Positions 1 to 12,250 of a stretch of DNA of 64,000 nt are shown piece after piece. The notes below the pieces were generated by a model that worked only from the letters and a program-made list of their open reading frames with translations, made no database searches and had not been told where the DNA came from. This stretch comes from Macrostomum lignano. Its lineage: Eukaryota. The stretch is taken from NCBI GenBank assembly GCA_002269645.1, contig NIVC01003903.1:6457-70456 (forward strand). Direction: 5' to 3'. The number at the start of each line of letters is the position of its first letter. The stretch's first letter is position 1. Made by a program: the position numbers and the translations under genes.

Positions 1-775
1 TGAGAGCGAGAGTAGATGAGAATGAGAGCGAGAGTAGATGAGAATGAGAGCGAGAGTAGATGAGAATGAGAGCAAGAGTAGATGAGAACGAAAGCGAGAG
101 TAGATGAGAATGAGAGCGAGAGTAGATGAGAATGAGAGCGAGAGTAGATGAGAATGAGAGCGAGAGTAGATGAAAACGAGAGCGAGAGTAGATGAGAACA
201 AGAGCGAGAGTAGATGAGAATGAGAGCAAGAGTAGATGAGAACGAAAGCGAGAGTAGATGAAAATGAGAGCGAGAGTAGATGAGAATGAGAGCGAGAGTA
301 GATGAAAACGAGAGCGAGAGTAGATGAGAATGAGAGCGAGAGTAGATGAAAACGAGAGCGAGAGTAGATGAGAATGATATCAAGAGTAGATGATAAGAAT
401 GAGATCGAGAGTAGCTGAGAATGAGAGCGAGAGTAGATGAGAATGAGAGCGAGAGTAGATGAGAATGAGAGCGAGAGTAGATGAGAATGATATCAAGAGT
501 AGATGAGAATGAGAGCGAGAGTAGATGAGAATGATATCAAGAGTAGATGAGAATGAGATCGAGAGTAGCTGAGAATGAGAGCGAGAGTAGATGAGAATGA
601 GAGCGAGAGTAGATGAGAATGAGAGCGAGAGTAGATGAGAATGAGAGCGAGAGTAGATGAGAATGATATCAAGATTAGATGAGAATGAGAGCGAGAGTAG
701 ATGAGAATGATATTAAGAGTAGATGAGAATGAGATCGAAAGTAGCTGAGAATGAGAGCGAGAGTAGATGAGAAGA
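1..775. repeat. 22-bp minisatellite (TGAGAGCGAGAGTAGATGAGAA)n, truncated by the window start
   Basis: Unit read directly; about 35 copies with variants (GATATCAA, AAACG). Confidence 0.95.
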
Positions 776-1149
776 CAGCGAGTATAATGAGATCAGCAAA
801 AGCAGCTCACCCATTCTCTCCAGCAGAAATATCCTGTTGCACAGTGTTAGTCGCTAAGCTGAGGTATTGATATTAATAAATTTATGCCAGAAGTCGGGTG
901 TTTTTTGAAATGACAGAAAAGTAAATTTCATGCAAAGATCGTACACTCTGTGCTGCTGTGCTGCTTATCTAACACTGCTGTTCAAGCTTTTAGAAGCAAT
1001 TTCTGTGACAAAAACAGAAATTCCTAAGGTGCAGTCAACATTATCAATGTATTTATCTTAACCGCTTTGACGAACTGTATTTCTGCTTCTTTGCCAAAGC
1101 AAATGTAGTGTAAATGAACAGTGTGCTTTGAAATCGTAAACCGAGTGAG

Positions 1150-1810
1150 ATGGAGAGAGGAGAGGTGGGGCGAGGGAGAGAGGAGAGGTGGAGTGAGTGA
1201 GAGGAGAGGTGGAGTGAGTGAGAGGAGACGTGGAGCGAGGGAGAGAGGAGAGGTGGAGTGAGTGAGAGGAGAGGTGGAGCGAGGGAGACAGGAGAGGTGG
1301 AGCGAGGGAGAGAGGAGAGGTGGAGTGAGTGAGAGGAGAGGTGGAGCGAGGGAGACAGGAGAGGTGGAGTGAGTGAGAGGAGAGGTGGAGTGAGTGAGAG
1401 GAGAGGTGGAGCGAGGGAGACAGGAGAGGTGGAGTGAGTGAGAGGAGAGGTGGAGTGAGTGAGAGGAGACGTGGAGCGAGGGAGAGAGGAGAGGTGGAGT
1501 GAGTGAGAGGAGAGGTGGAGCGAGGGAGACAGGAGAGGTGGAGTGAGTGAGAGGAGAGGTGGAGTGAGTGAGAGGAGACGTGGAGCGAGGGAGAGAGGAG
1601 AGGTGGAGTGAGTGAGAGGAGACGTGGAGCGAGGGAGAGAGGAGAGGTGGAGTGAGTGAGAGAAGAGGTGGAGTGAGGGAGAGAGGAGAGGTGGAGTGAG
1701 TGAGAGGAGAGGTGGAGTGAGGGAGAGAGGAGAGGTGGAGTGAGTGAGAGGAGAGGTGGAGTGAGGGAGAGAGGAGAGGTGGAGTGAGTGAGAGGAGAGG
1801 TGGAGTGAGG
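1150..1810. repeat. Purine-rich ~21-bp minisatellite (GAGAGGAGAGGTGGAGTGAGT / ...GCGAGG)
   Basis: Read directly; it generates the spurious ORFs 1024-1872. Confidence 0.95.
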
Positions 1811-2669
1811 AAGAGAAACGATAAGTAGATAGAAGCAAGTGTGCAATTAAACCTTTTGTCCCTTTTGCACATCCTGCTTGAAGAAAATTCTACATTAACT
1901 GAGCATTGCTATTCGCGAGGGGCACCGCGGACAGCATGAGTAGTTCTACTGGACAGATAAGCATATTGATAAGGATGTTTGTCAGACCTCTTTATCAGGA
2001 TTTAGTTGACGTCAGCCAGAATCTACTAGCGCATATATTCTAGACTAAATTGTGGACTGCAATATCCCCGATCTAAAGTAGAGCGTGATAGTTGGCAACT
2101 ACTAGCTTGAGAACATGAGCGAGCCGCAGCAGCAGCAGCAGCAGCCTCCACCCTATGATGTCGTCACTCTCGAACCAAATGCCGCAACTATCGAAGAGAG
2201 CAGAAATTATCGATTTACAGAGTGTGAAATTATCGATTTATAGTGTGAAATTATCGATTTCTTGTGGGTGAAAGCATCGTATTTCATTAGGCTCAATACT
2301 TGAGAAGTTGCTGTTCCAAAAATGCAACGTCTACTCTTTGTAGCTGGCGTTTAAAACAAGCAAGAATCAACAGCCAAAAAAAACATTGGTTTGTCGTTTG
2401 CTTCTAAATTTTTACCAACCTTTGGCAAAACACTCACAGGAAGCAACCCAGCCACCCCTGATTGCTAATAAACTTAGCAGATGCACAGCCTGTGCGCAGT
2501 GCAGGGCGGGCAGTCAATGCACACCGCCAGCTGCACCCCACTGCACACTCTACCCCAGCTGTACAATACGCACAGGGCGCAGCACTAAGACGGAAGGCGC
2601 AGGCAGTTCATATCAGCCTTCATCTCAGCAGTGAATTCTCAGCTAACTGCAAGCATCGCAGAGGCCGTC

Positions 2670-5600
2670 ATGCCGCTCCGCCAGCCGCTGAACCTGCGCA
2701 CCAGACTGCACCAGGTGCGAGCTCGCTACCCATCCACCTGGGCCATCCTGGGCCGCAAGCTGCAGCAAGGCGAATCTTGGCGAGCTCTGGTTGAAGACTA
2801 CCTGGATTCTGAGGGCCGGCCTCTGTCAGCCGACCAGGCCCTGCTGGTCTGCCAGAGTCCTGGCGGAGAAGCCGCGGCCGCCCTGCTGCTGTGGGAGCGC
2901 AGCTGCAGCCTTGAAGAGCTGCTGGAGGTCCTGAGCCGTCGGGGACTTCGCGAAGCCGAGGCCTTCGTGCGGTCCAACCTGCTGAACCAGGCCTGGCAGC
3001 CTCCGCCCACGACTGCGGAGCCGCCCCCTCCGTCTCTTCCGCCCCCGCCCCCGCCCGCGCCTCCGCCTCCGCTTCCACCAGACGACTCGCCGCTGGAGTT
3101 CCCGGCGGAGCAGCTCCGGCGCGCCGTGGCCTGCGGCTCCCTGATCGGCTCGGGCGGCTTCGCCGAGGTCTTCCGGACGGCAGCGCTGGTCGAAGGCCGG
3201 CAGCACGCGGTGAAGGTCTACCGACCGGGCATCAGCGAGGAGGCGCGCCAGGCCATCCGCAGGTCGATCGGCGCCCTCAGCGGCCTGCGGCACCCGAGCA
3301 TCGCTCGGCTGGTCGGCTTCGGCTACTCGCCCGCCGACGACCGCATGTACTCCGTGTTCGACTTCCACAGCAACGGCGACCTCCGCCAGCTGCTCGACCG
3401 GTTCGCCGAGCCCCACAGCTGGTGGTCGTCGGCGGAGGCGGTGGCCAGCGGGTTTCACCTGGGCGGCACGCGGCTCCGCATGGCAACCGACATCGCCTCG
3501 GCCGTGGAGTTCCTGCACGCCACCGAGGAGAAGTCGATGGCGCGAGACGAGCGGGCCGGCCTCCTCAGCTTCAGCTTCGTGCACAAGGATGTGAAACCCA
3601 GCAACATCCTGGTTGACGGCGACTGGCGCTGCCGCCTCGCCGACCTGGACTTCCTCGACCTGACCACCGCAGGGCTCGGCCAGACCGTCTGGGGTGAGCA
3701 GCGGGCCCAGCAGGTGGCCAGAGTGCACACGCTGGGCTACCGGCCGCCCGAAGACCGAGTCACCTGCAAGTGGGACGTCTTCAGCACCGGGGTCACCATC
3801 TTGGAGCTGCTCACCGGCCTGCGCGGCCAGCCCGCCAGCAGCGACACTCCGGAGGAGTCCTGGCTCTGCTGGGCCCTGGCCGACGGTCGGGCTCCGCCGC
3901 CTCAGCCGGGGCTGCGGCTGTCCGCAGGTCTGCACGCCCGCGTCTGCAGAGAAGCCGTGGCGCCCTGCCTGCTGCACAACTTCGCCGAGAGGTGCACCGC
4001 CGCGGTGCTGCGGGGCCGCCTGCAGACGCTGCTGGCCGCGGCCGAGGCCGAGGACGGTGAGGCCGGGCTGCAGGAGTTCAGCTTCGCCGAGCTGGATGCC
4101 GCGGTCGGCGAGGAGCTCGGAGCCGGCAGCTTCGGCCGCGTGTACCGGGTGAACCTGGCAGGGCGGCCGGTCGCCGTCAAGAAGCTGCTGCCCGACTCTG
4201 CGGGCATCCCGCTGGAGGCGCTGCGGCGCCAGGCGGGCCTCCGCCATCCCCGGCTGCTGTGGCTGCTCGGCTTCGCTCACCGCGGCGAGGCGGCGGGCGG
4301 CGACCTCCTGCTGGTCTACGAGCTGTGCGAGGCCGGCAACCTGCGGCAGCTGATTGACGACTTCGCCGCCGGCCGGGCACCGCCCGCCTGCGAGTTCCAG
4401 CTGGCCGGAGTTCGAATCCGGATGGCGCACGAGCTGGCCAGCGCCCTGGACTTCCTGCACAGCTGGCAGGAGGTCGAAGCCGCAGCGGCTGGCGACTGGC
4501 GCAGCTTCAGCCTGGCGCACCAGGATGTGAAGAGCACCAACGTGCTGCTCACTGCTGACTGGCACTGCAAGCTGGGCGACCTGGACAGCCTGCAGGTGCG
4601 TCTGGGGAGATCGGGGACAGCCTGCAGGTGTGTCTGGGGAGATCGGGGGCAGCCTGCAGGTGTGTCTGGGGAGATCGGGGACAGCCTGCAGGTGTGTCTG
4701 GGGAGATCGGGGACAGCCTGCAGGTGTGTCTGGGGAGATCGGGGGCAGCCTGCAGGTGTGTCTGGGGAGATCGGGGACAGCCTGCAGGTGTGTCTGGGGA
4801 GATCGGGGGCAGCCTGCAGGTGCGTCTGGAGAGATCGGGGACAGCCTGCAGGTGCGTCTGGGGAGATCGGGGGCAGCCTGCAGGTGCGTCTGGAGAGATC
4901 GGGGACAGCCTGCAGGTGCGTCTGGGGAGATCGGGGACAGCCTGCAGGTGTTGGGGAGATCGGGGACAGCCTGCAGGTGTGTCTGGGGAGATCGGGGACC
5001 GTCTGGGGAGATCGGAGACAGCCTGCAGGTGTGTCTGGGGAGATCGGGGACAGCCTGCAGGTGTGTCTGGGGAGATCGCGGCTGCTCAGGCAACTGAGTT
5101 GAGGCTGCTCCGTCCTTTGAGTAGGGGCTGCTCTCCGTTCTCAGTCTCAGACTCTCCCTCCCTTCCTCCTCCCGCGCCAAGGACCACTGTAGTTTAACGC
5201 CAAGGACCACTGTAGTTTAACGCCAAGGACCACTGTAGTATAGCAACATGGACCACTGTAGTTTAACGCCAACAAGGAGGAATGAATGATTCCAAATTTT
5301 CCCTAAGCAGCCTCATCACAGTCTCCATTCCTGCCCCATCAGACGGCCACCGCAGGATCGGGCCTCACGCGGATGGAAGACAGGCCGCAGTCCTCGCAGC
5401 CCAGAATCCGCTACTTCACCAATGGCTACTTCGTGCCGGGAGAACCGGACAGGCCAGGCGCACCTGGCGAGCTCCTGTCCTGCAAGGTGGACGTGTACGC
5501 CCTTGGCGTCACCCTGCTGGAGCTGTTCACCGGCCGGCGCGCCTCTGGCGGCGGTGAGCCCGAGCTGCGACTGAGCCTGCTGGGCGACTCGTCAGTGCAG

Positions 5601-5777
5601 CAGCCGCCGTCGCCGCAGGTAGGGCTGCTTATCAGCGACAGGTGCTATCTAGACCTGTGCGACAGGGTGTTCAGACCGTGCCTGGCCCTGAACTCGGCTC
5701 AGCGACCGACTTCCACCAGAGTGCTGCAAGAACTCGACAGATTTTACAGCAGCTGCGAACCGGATCTGGAAAATTGA
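2670..5777 (+). CDS. Death-domain plus tandem (double) IRAK/Pelle-like protein kinase, ~786 aa; exons 2670-4595 and 5343-5777
   Basis: N-terminal death-fold-like segment (STWAILGRKL...WRALVED...LEELLEVL) and a Pro-rich linker. Kinase 1: GSGGFAEV, AVK, HKDVKPSNIL, DLD, TLGYRPPE, DVFSTG. Kinase 2: GAGSFGRV, VAVK, HQDVKSTNVL, DLD | intron | TNGYFVPGE, DVYALG. A phase-0 splice from CAG|GTGCGT (4595/4596) to CCATCAG|ACG (5342/5343) gives DLDSLQ-TATAGSGLT, matching kinase 1 DLDFLDLTTAGLGQT. Confidence 0.85.
4583..5077 (+). repeat. 32-bp minisatellite (GGGGACAGCCTGCAGGTGTGTCTGGGGAGATC)n spanning the exon/intron junction
   Basis: About 15 copies; the first copy overlaps the exon end and the donor site. 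Confidence 0.95.
5174..5272. repeat. 23-bp tandem repeat (AACGCCAAGGACCACTGTAGTTT), ~4 copies, in the kinase intron
   Basis: Read directly. Confidence 0.85.
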
Positions 5778-7181
5778 GTGCAAAGCTGGGATTGCGCGCT
5801 TTGCTCTGATTTTTTTAAATTTGTCCCGATTCGATCAACACTTCGACTAGCTTTTAGTCTTGAGCTTCAAGAGTGTACCACAGGAAGACAAAAAATAGTG
5901 TTAACTTCTCGTGCATGTAGCCTTGGAAGTCTCATCACATTTTAAGCTATGAGACTAGACTTTGTAGTTTTAATATTTAACCACTATATACGCGCGCGTA
6001 GTAGAAAATAAAGAATTTGTCTTATGTGGAGGTATGCTGCGTTTTAATATTTTTTTCGTTGATTCTGCTTTATCCATTGCAAAGACACACTCGTAAAAAT
6101 TGACAGTACTTCTACGTTTTACTTCCATGTATGATAAAAAACTTAGGACATCCTGCTTTCTGTTGTTGGCAGATTTAATTACTGATTGTGGGTAAAAATG
6201 GTGCTATGCTATAAAGGAATTAAAACTAATGGATTGAAAGATTTCTTTGAAAGAGAAATTTTTTAAATCATTTTAAAAGTTCTTCAAGCAGATTTCACCT
6301 TGGCTCATTTTTAAAACTTTTGTTATTTTGAAGTGTAAGTGCCGTGTTTAATATTTAAACTCAGTCAAAAAGTTTTAGTTTTAACAATTGATTTAATGAT
6401 CGATTATTACGCCACGTTGCATGTGCAGCGTAGCAACACGGACAAAAAGCAGTCTCCTGCCCGACTCCTGGAAGGCATTCACCTCAGCGTCAATATAAGC
6501 AAAAATTCTTTGCGTTATTTAGTTAGTAATATGTTTGTATTTTTGGGCATGCATTTTTGCAACTTAACCTTGGCTTGGCCCCTTGCTAGCCCACTAGATT
6601 AGTCAGCTTGGCTAGGTGTTGTGCATGTACACTACAGTACACAGTATACCTTTTTTATGTCTACGCAGCTGCCAGCTGCTCAACTAAATGTACTAGGCCC
6701 CTAAATGTTATCCATTTGTACAAACAAATCTATTATTATATTGACTATTGCCACTTTGACTGTCACCTGGATTGTTTGTTGCTGTATTATCTTGTTGCCA
6801 GTTTGACTAAAAGTTTATAGCATAGGTCTTAGACTAGTATAAATGCTTTAAAGATAGTAATTATCATGGAAAATTTGTTTTTATTACTTGACAAACATTG
6901 TTTTGTATTAGTAGGCCTACTATATATATTATATTATACAACTAAAATAAATTGTAATTATACTATCTATATTAATATTAATAAAGGTATAGACTATAGC
7001 AATTATATATTTTAATAAATCCTAGGTTTTTAAAAAGGAAGTAATGATCCCCATGGGCAAATATTTCCAATTTCATTTGCATGGATGTTAGAATTTTTAC
7101 CTTGGCCTATTCATAAGCCACAGCAGCTTATTGAAATAATAAGTGACTATTTTAATTTAAGGTAGTTGTTATTGTTACGGT

Positions 7182-8577
7182 CAGGGGTTGGACGGGATCC
7201 CGATCATGTTCCCGAAAACTCGGGATCTCGACAACTTCAATTTCCAGAATCGGGATAGGCTAATGTCATTTTTGTTTTTTTTTTCTGCAGAGTAAAAGTT
7301 TTTGCCATAGTCATTTTACTAGAAATATTTTCATCCAAACAAATTGTTTAAACTATTGTTTCAAGCCCCTTGCTAAAGAAGTCAAGCTACTGTTACTTCA
7401 ATATCATGGCAACACGATATAATGAGGTAAGTCAAATGGTTTATTTAAGTGCTGACTGTTTTAAGTTAGTGCTAGTTTCAGTTGAATTCGTATTTGTTAT
7501 AGGTAGGCATAAATTTTTTTGAATAATTAATATAGGTGCATGAATGTTGAAGCATCATTACATTTACATGTTTGTACTTTGTACTGTTAGCAATATTGCC
7601 AGAAAAAATATTCACAGAAATAAAACATTCTATGTCATTATGCACTACTACAATACTATATATACATGTATTTCATTTTGCATAAGCAGTAAATTGGATG
7701 TAAAAAGTGAGTATTGGTCATACTAAACTTTGTTTTTCTACATTTTGATTTCAGAAAATTTCAATTTTGAGTTTGGAAAGTTAATAAATTTTGATTTTGA
7801 GGAAACTGCTCTTTCGGGACATCTCTAATAATCCTAAAGTGCGGGAAAATAATTTGACTCTATTCTTAAGTGCATGTCTGCGGGTTTTCAACATTTATTC
7901 CAATAGGGATGATAGGCATAGGCCTACTACTAATAAATACTATTGGATTCATTAGTCATCAATATTTTATGGCACAACCACAATACAAAAATTCCAGTAT
8001 TAGAATTTAGTTTCATTTAGAATTTTATTTGTTTTAAATTTGATTAGCCTAGGACTGAATTTTTAATTTAAGAACATTTTCTATGAATGAAAAAATTATT
8101 TAATTCATCAAAGTATTGATTACATTAAAAATATTATGAAAAAAGTAACACTTGATTTAATTATGAACTTGTAATTTACATTTAATTAGTAATATTATGT
8201 AAATTTAAATTATGCATACATGCAAACAAGAAATGTTATAAAAGTTATAATATATATTTTACTGATTTCCTCATTTATGTTGGTCCAGTAGACTAGTCCT
8301 ATGGGGTATGGACTAGTCTAGTAGTTAGTTATTGGACATTGGTATTTGTATTGGTACTAATTCTAATTTCTAACATTCATAACATAACATAAGAATTAGG
8401 ATACAAATGTATTGTTTACCTAGGCATATAGTGGGTATACAATATACATGTATGTATGATATGGATGGACTTTGGGTATGGTATTTGTATCCATATAGAG
8501 TTCATTTGCCCCTATCCCAAATCCTGATTCCCGATCCCAATCCCGATCCTGAAAATTTTGATCCCGTCCAACCCCTA
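7182..8577. mobile_element. Non-autonomous hAT-like DNA transposon (~1.4 kb)
   Basis: TIRs CAGGGGTTGGACGGGATC (7182) and GATCCCGTCCAACCCCTA (ends 8577); subterminal ATCCCG repeats; degenerate 8-bp TSD GTTACGGT/GTTATGAT; AT-rich interior without a transposase. Confidence 0.75.
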
Positions 8578-11500
8578 GTTATGATGACCTTATAAATAAC
8601 AAAATGGTTACTTTTTATGGTTAACTCAAAAGACACTATGCGAGCCTATGGTCTTTACTTAATGTAACCATATAAATAGAAAAACTGTTATTTTTATGGT
8701 CACCATAGATAGGAAGCAAAATGGCTATTTTTACAGTCATATGGAAGAAATTTCTGTTAAATTACAAGGTAATACACTAATAGTAACAATTATCTAAAGT
8801 GAGCTACCATGACAAGAACCACTAAAAGTTACCATGGTATTTATTAATAAAATGTTTCTTTATTTTTTAAATCTAACCATCATAGTATTTGCACAGCAAG
8901 TTTGTCACTTCATTTAGATGGTATTTGTTTTAAGTGTTAACTGTAAAAATAACCATCTCACTATTTATACGGTCACTGTAACAATAACAACTGCCTTAAT
9001 TTAAACTATTTTCAATAAGCTGCCATGAGGATAAGCTGAAAATTGTTGATATATCTCTATGAATAAAATTGGAATTATTGGCATAGGACTGTAGTCTAAG
9101 GATAAGCACTTCTTTTTGACAAAGTATTATTTATAATTAGGCCTGGTAGTTTTATTTTTTTGTATAATTATAAAAACTTTTATATTTAATATTCATTTCA
9201 AAAACAAAATAGATATTTTAGAGTTAGAAAATTAATGATTTTTAATTTAATTATTTTTAATAAATATAGACTCTTGGTTGAAAAAACTAGGCCTATGGTT
9301 TTAAATACACTTTTAATATTTTTAAAGCAATTTTGACTCAATTATTATAATTAACATTTTAATTACTTTGAAAATAGATATTACAATTAAAGTTTTTTGT
9401 TATAATGGCTTACATATGTCTAAGGCATTTGAACAAATGAAGTTTCATAAACTGTTTATAGACTATATATCTTAGTCTTTATCTGATATAATTGACAAGC
9501 ATTATCTCATAAAAATATTTAATATATGTATAGTAACTGAGCTTTTGGTTGCTCGGGCTAGGTGGACTGCTATTGGCCGAAGCAACCTTGCTGAGTATAC
9601 TTATGGGGGTTGAGACTGAGGAGAAATCTAAATTAAGGGTAGTGCTGCCACCAGCATGGGAACCGTAGGATCCACAATGAAGGGGTTTGTTTGGGCTCCA
9701 CGCAAATAAATAATGCTTGAACAACTAGTCTCAGATATTTCAATGTCTAAGTGACAGGACTCAATAGTAGCAAATGGCCTGAGTGGCGCAGTCCTGGCAC
9801 TGACAAGTGTCCGCGCTTGAGCATGTCTGAGTTTAGTTCTCAGAGGATCCCTAACTCCTTTACCTAATAGCTATGTCTCACGCAGATGGGCGGCAAGTAA
9901 ATAGGTCTATGCACCTGAAGCAGCAATAGACTCTAAGCCTATAGTCTAACAGCTATTTCTTAGAATCGCGCACGAGTGCTGCGACTGCACACTCACTCTC
10001 ACTCTTATTCGCACCTATGTTGCAAATAGACACTAGCAGAATGGCTTCAGCCAACTGATTTCCTGCCAATAGGGTAGGCTGGAAAACCAGAGCTATAGCA
10101 CTAGCAATGCTCTACCAAGACTTGCTCAGGAGTGTGCTTTCTGCTTGAGCGCTGCAATGCTCTACCAAGACCTGCTCAGGAGCTTGCAGCTGCTTAGCGA
10201 TGCTTATAGCTCTACCAAGACCTGCTCAGGAGCCTTTGCTTTGCTGTTAACCGGCGCTAGAGCGCTTACTCAGAGATAGCTCTCAACAAGTCTGACCAGC
10301 GGTCAAAACGGTTCTGAGGAAAAATTCAGACAAGTGGGCCTGCATTCGTTAATATAGAACTGGAGGGTGGAGCATTTGGGCATTCCGTGGCTTGACCATG
10401 GAACTGCAGTCCAAAAAGTGCGGATAATGATGCACAACAGATATTGATTAAACATGGGGGGAAAGAGTAGCTTCTACAAAGCGCCGACAGTTGCCTCAAG
10501 CCACTAGTGACAATGGCATGCCAAATTTGGGCTTGTGCGCACAAGGCAGCATGTGAGGGAGGGTTCAGCTCGGGACACGGGGTCCATGAAAACCCTCAGT
10601 CTAAAAATAGAATGACGCATGGGGAGAGGCTCGGACGCAGGAGGAACGAGAGAGCAGAAGGGGGAAGGGTCCAGAGAGCGCACGGGGGAGGAGTGCGGCT
10701 AACTAGACTTGCGTACACTGAGCAATTGTATGCGGCAGGCCAGGCAACAACAGTACAGGCAAGCACCAAATTTGGTGGCTTCCACTAACTAACCCTAGGC
10801 TAGGCAAAACTTCCTAATTTCCTATGTTAAAGATTGCGCCATATTGTGCAACTTCTGAGCGCCAAGGAAGGCTGCTTAGAGTGCATGGAGACAGCAGAAA
10901 ATTCCTATTCCAGATACTAGCAGTGGACAGCAGTGCCTAAGATGTGACTGCGTCCCTATGCTTGCAGCAGAAGACTGCAGCCACATCATATGCATATGGT
11001 TAATATAGTCCTATATCTTTAACATGAAAAAATATAATTTACATGCCCAATTGCTAGCCAATATAGCCACCATAAATTGTGGTAGACCAGAGGTAATTTG
11101 CAAAAATTCCTACCAAAAAGAATATAGATGTAGTGCTAATTAAATCATACAGGCATTTAGCCTTGATAAGACAGTCATAGTTACTCCTGCATAATTACTC
11201 CATCATAGTTACTAATTTTGCTTTAGGTTTTCTATATGTAAGTTGTATTTTTGGTCAAAAGGTAAGTTACATGGCCAGTGTAAATCAGTGGGATTGTGCA
11301 TGTATCAAATAGAACCTTAAAATATTTAAATAAAATTGTATTACTAATATAGAAACCAACCATCTATTCTTTATTTTAGAAGCTAGTATTAAAAATAATT
11401 CTTTATTTAAACTCAATTTCTTTTATTTTAGCCAAGTACATTGATCAAAATGGACTACAATATTGGTATTAATGCATGCAAACCAGCTTCTGCTCTCAAT

Positions 11501-11764
11501 GGGCCACCATTCCAACAGTGCATTCTTGACTCAAAGGATGTTTCAAGGTAAGAAAAAAAATTGTATTTTTCTATGTTTACTTTTTATATCTTGATACTAA
11601 TTACATTTTTAAAAATAATGTATTGATCCTTATTACTAAAAAGATAATAAGTAATAATTTTCATTTTTTAAAAACTTCCTTTAAATTTGTAATATTGATT
11701 CTGAATCTTTAGAAGTTAAAATTATAAGATATTTATCAATAGGCCTATTGATCCCATCTATTAT

Positions 11765-12200
11765 GGATGCTGATCCCTAAACCTAGAATACTGATAACTC
11801 TAATTCTAATAATCTCTAAGCCTTGGATACCAATACCCAAGTGTTAGATACTAGCCCCTAATCCTATGATACTAATGCCTAACCCTAGCTTACAAATTTC
11901 TAATCCTAGAACACTGATCCCTAATCCTAGCATACAAATCCCTACTCCTAGGGCACTGATTGTTAATCCTAGGATATAAATCTCTAATCCTAGGACACTA
12001 ATCCCTAATCCTAGCATACAAATCCCTAATCTTAGTTCATTAATCGCTAATCCTAGGACACTAATCTCTAATGCTAGCATACGAATCTCTTATCCTCGGA
12101 CACTAATCTCTAATCCTGGGACACTAATCCCTAATCCTACGACAGCAATCCCTAATCCTAGGACAATAATCCTTAATCCTTTAAGCTACTCCCTAATCTT
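11765..12200. repeat. Degenerate 7/21-bp repeat (CTAATCCTAGGACACTAATCT-like), probably in a UPRT intron
   Basis: Read directly. Confidence 0.85.
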
Positions 12201-12250
12201 AAATTACCGATCTCGAATGCCGCGACTGATCCCAAACCCCTCAATCGCAG

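Noticed and set aside
1024-1872. Three 260-280-aa minus-strand ORFs
   Set aside because: They are translations of the purine-rich minisatellite, with no coding signature.
4596-5102. C-terminal repeat peptide of the 823-aa ORF
   Set aside because: Read-through into the intron; the kinase resumes at 5343 with subdomains VIII-XI.
2826-5210. 794-aa antisense ORF
   Set aside because: A shadow frame of the GC-rich kinase exon plus the stop-free 32-bp array.
10109-10232. Three 24-bp repeats (GCTCTACCAAGACCTGCTCAGGAG) with 26-nt spacers, CRISPR-like
   Set aside because: The spacers resemble each other (a degenerate 50-bp tandem repeat); eukaryotic context with no cas genes.
9479-10788. Moderately GC-rich patches that might be LINE remnants or exons
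   Set aside because: No recognisable RT or endonuclease motif and no consistent splice model in any frame.
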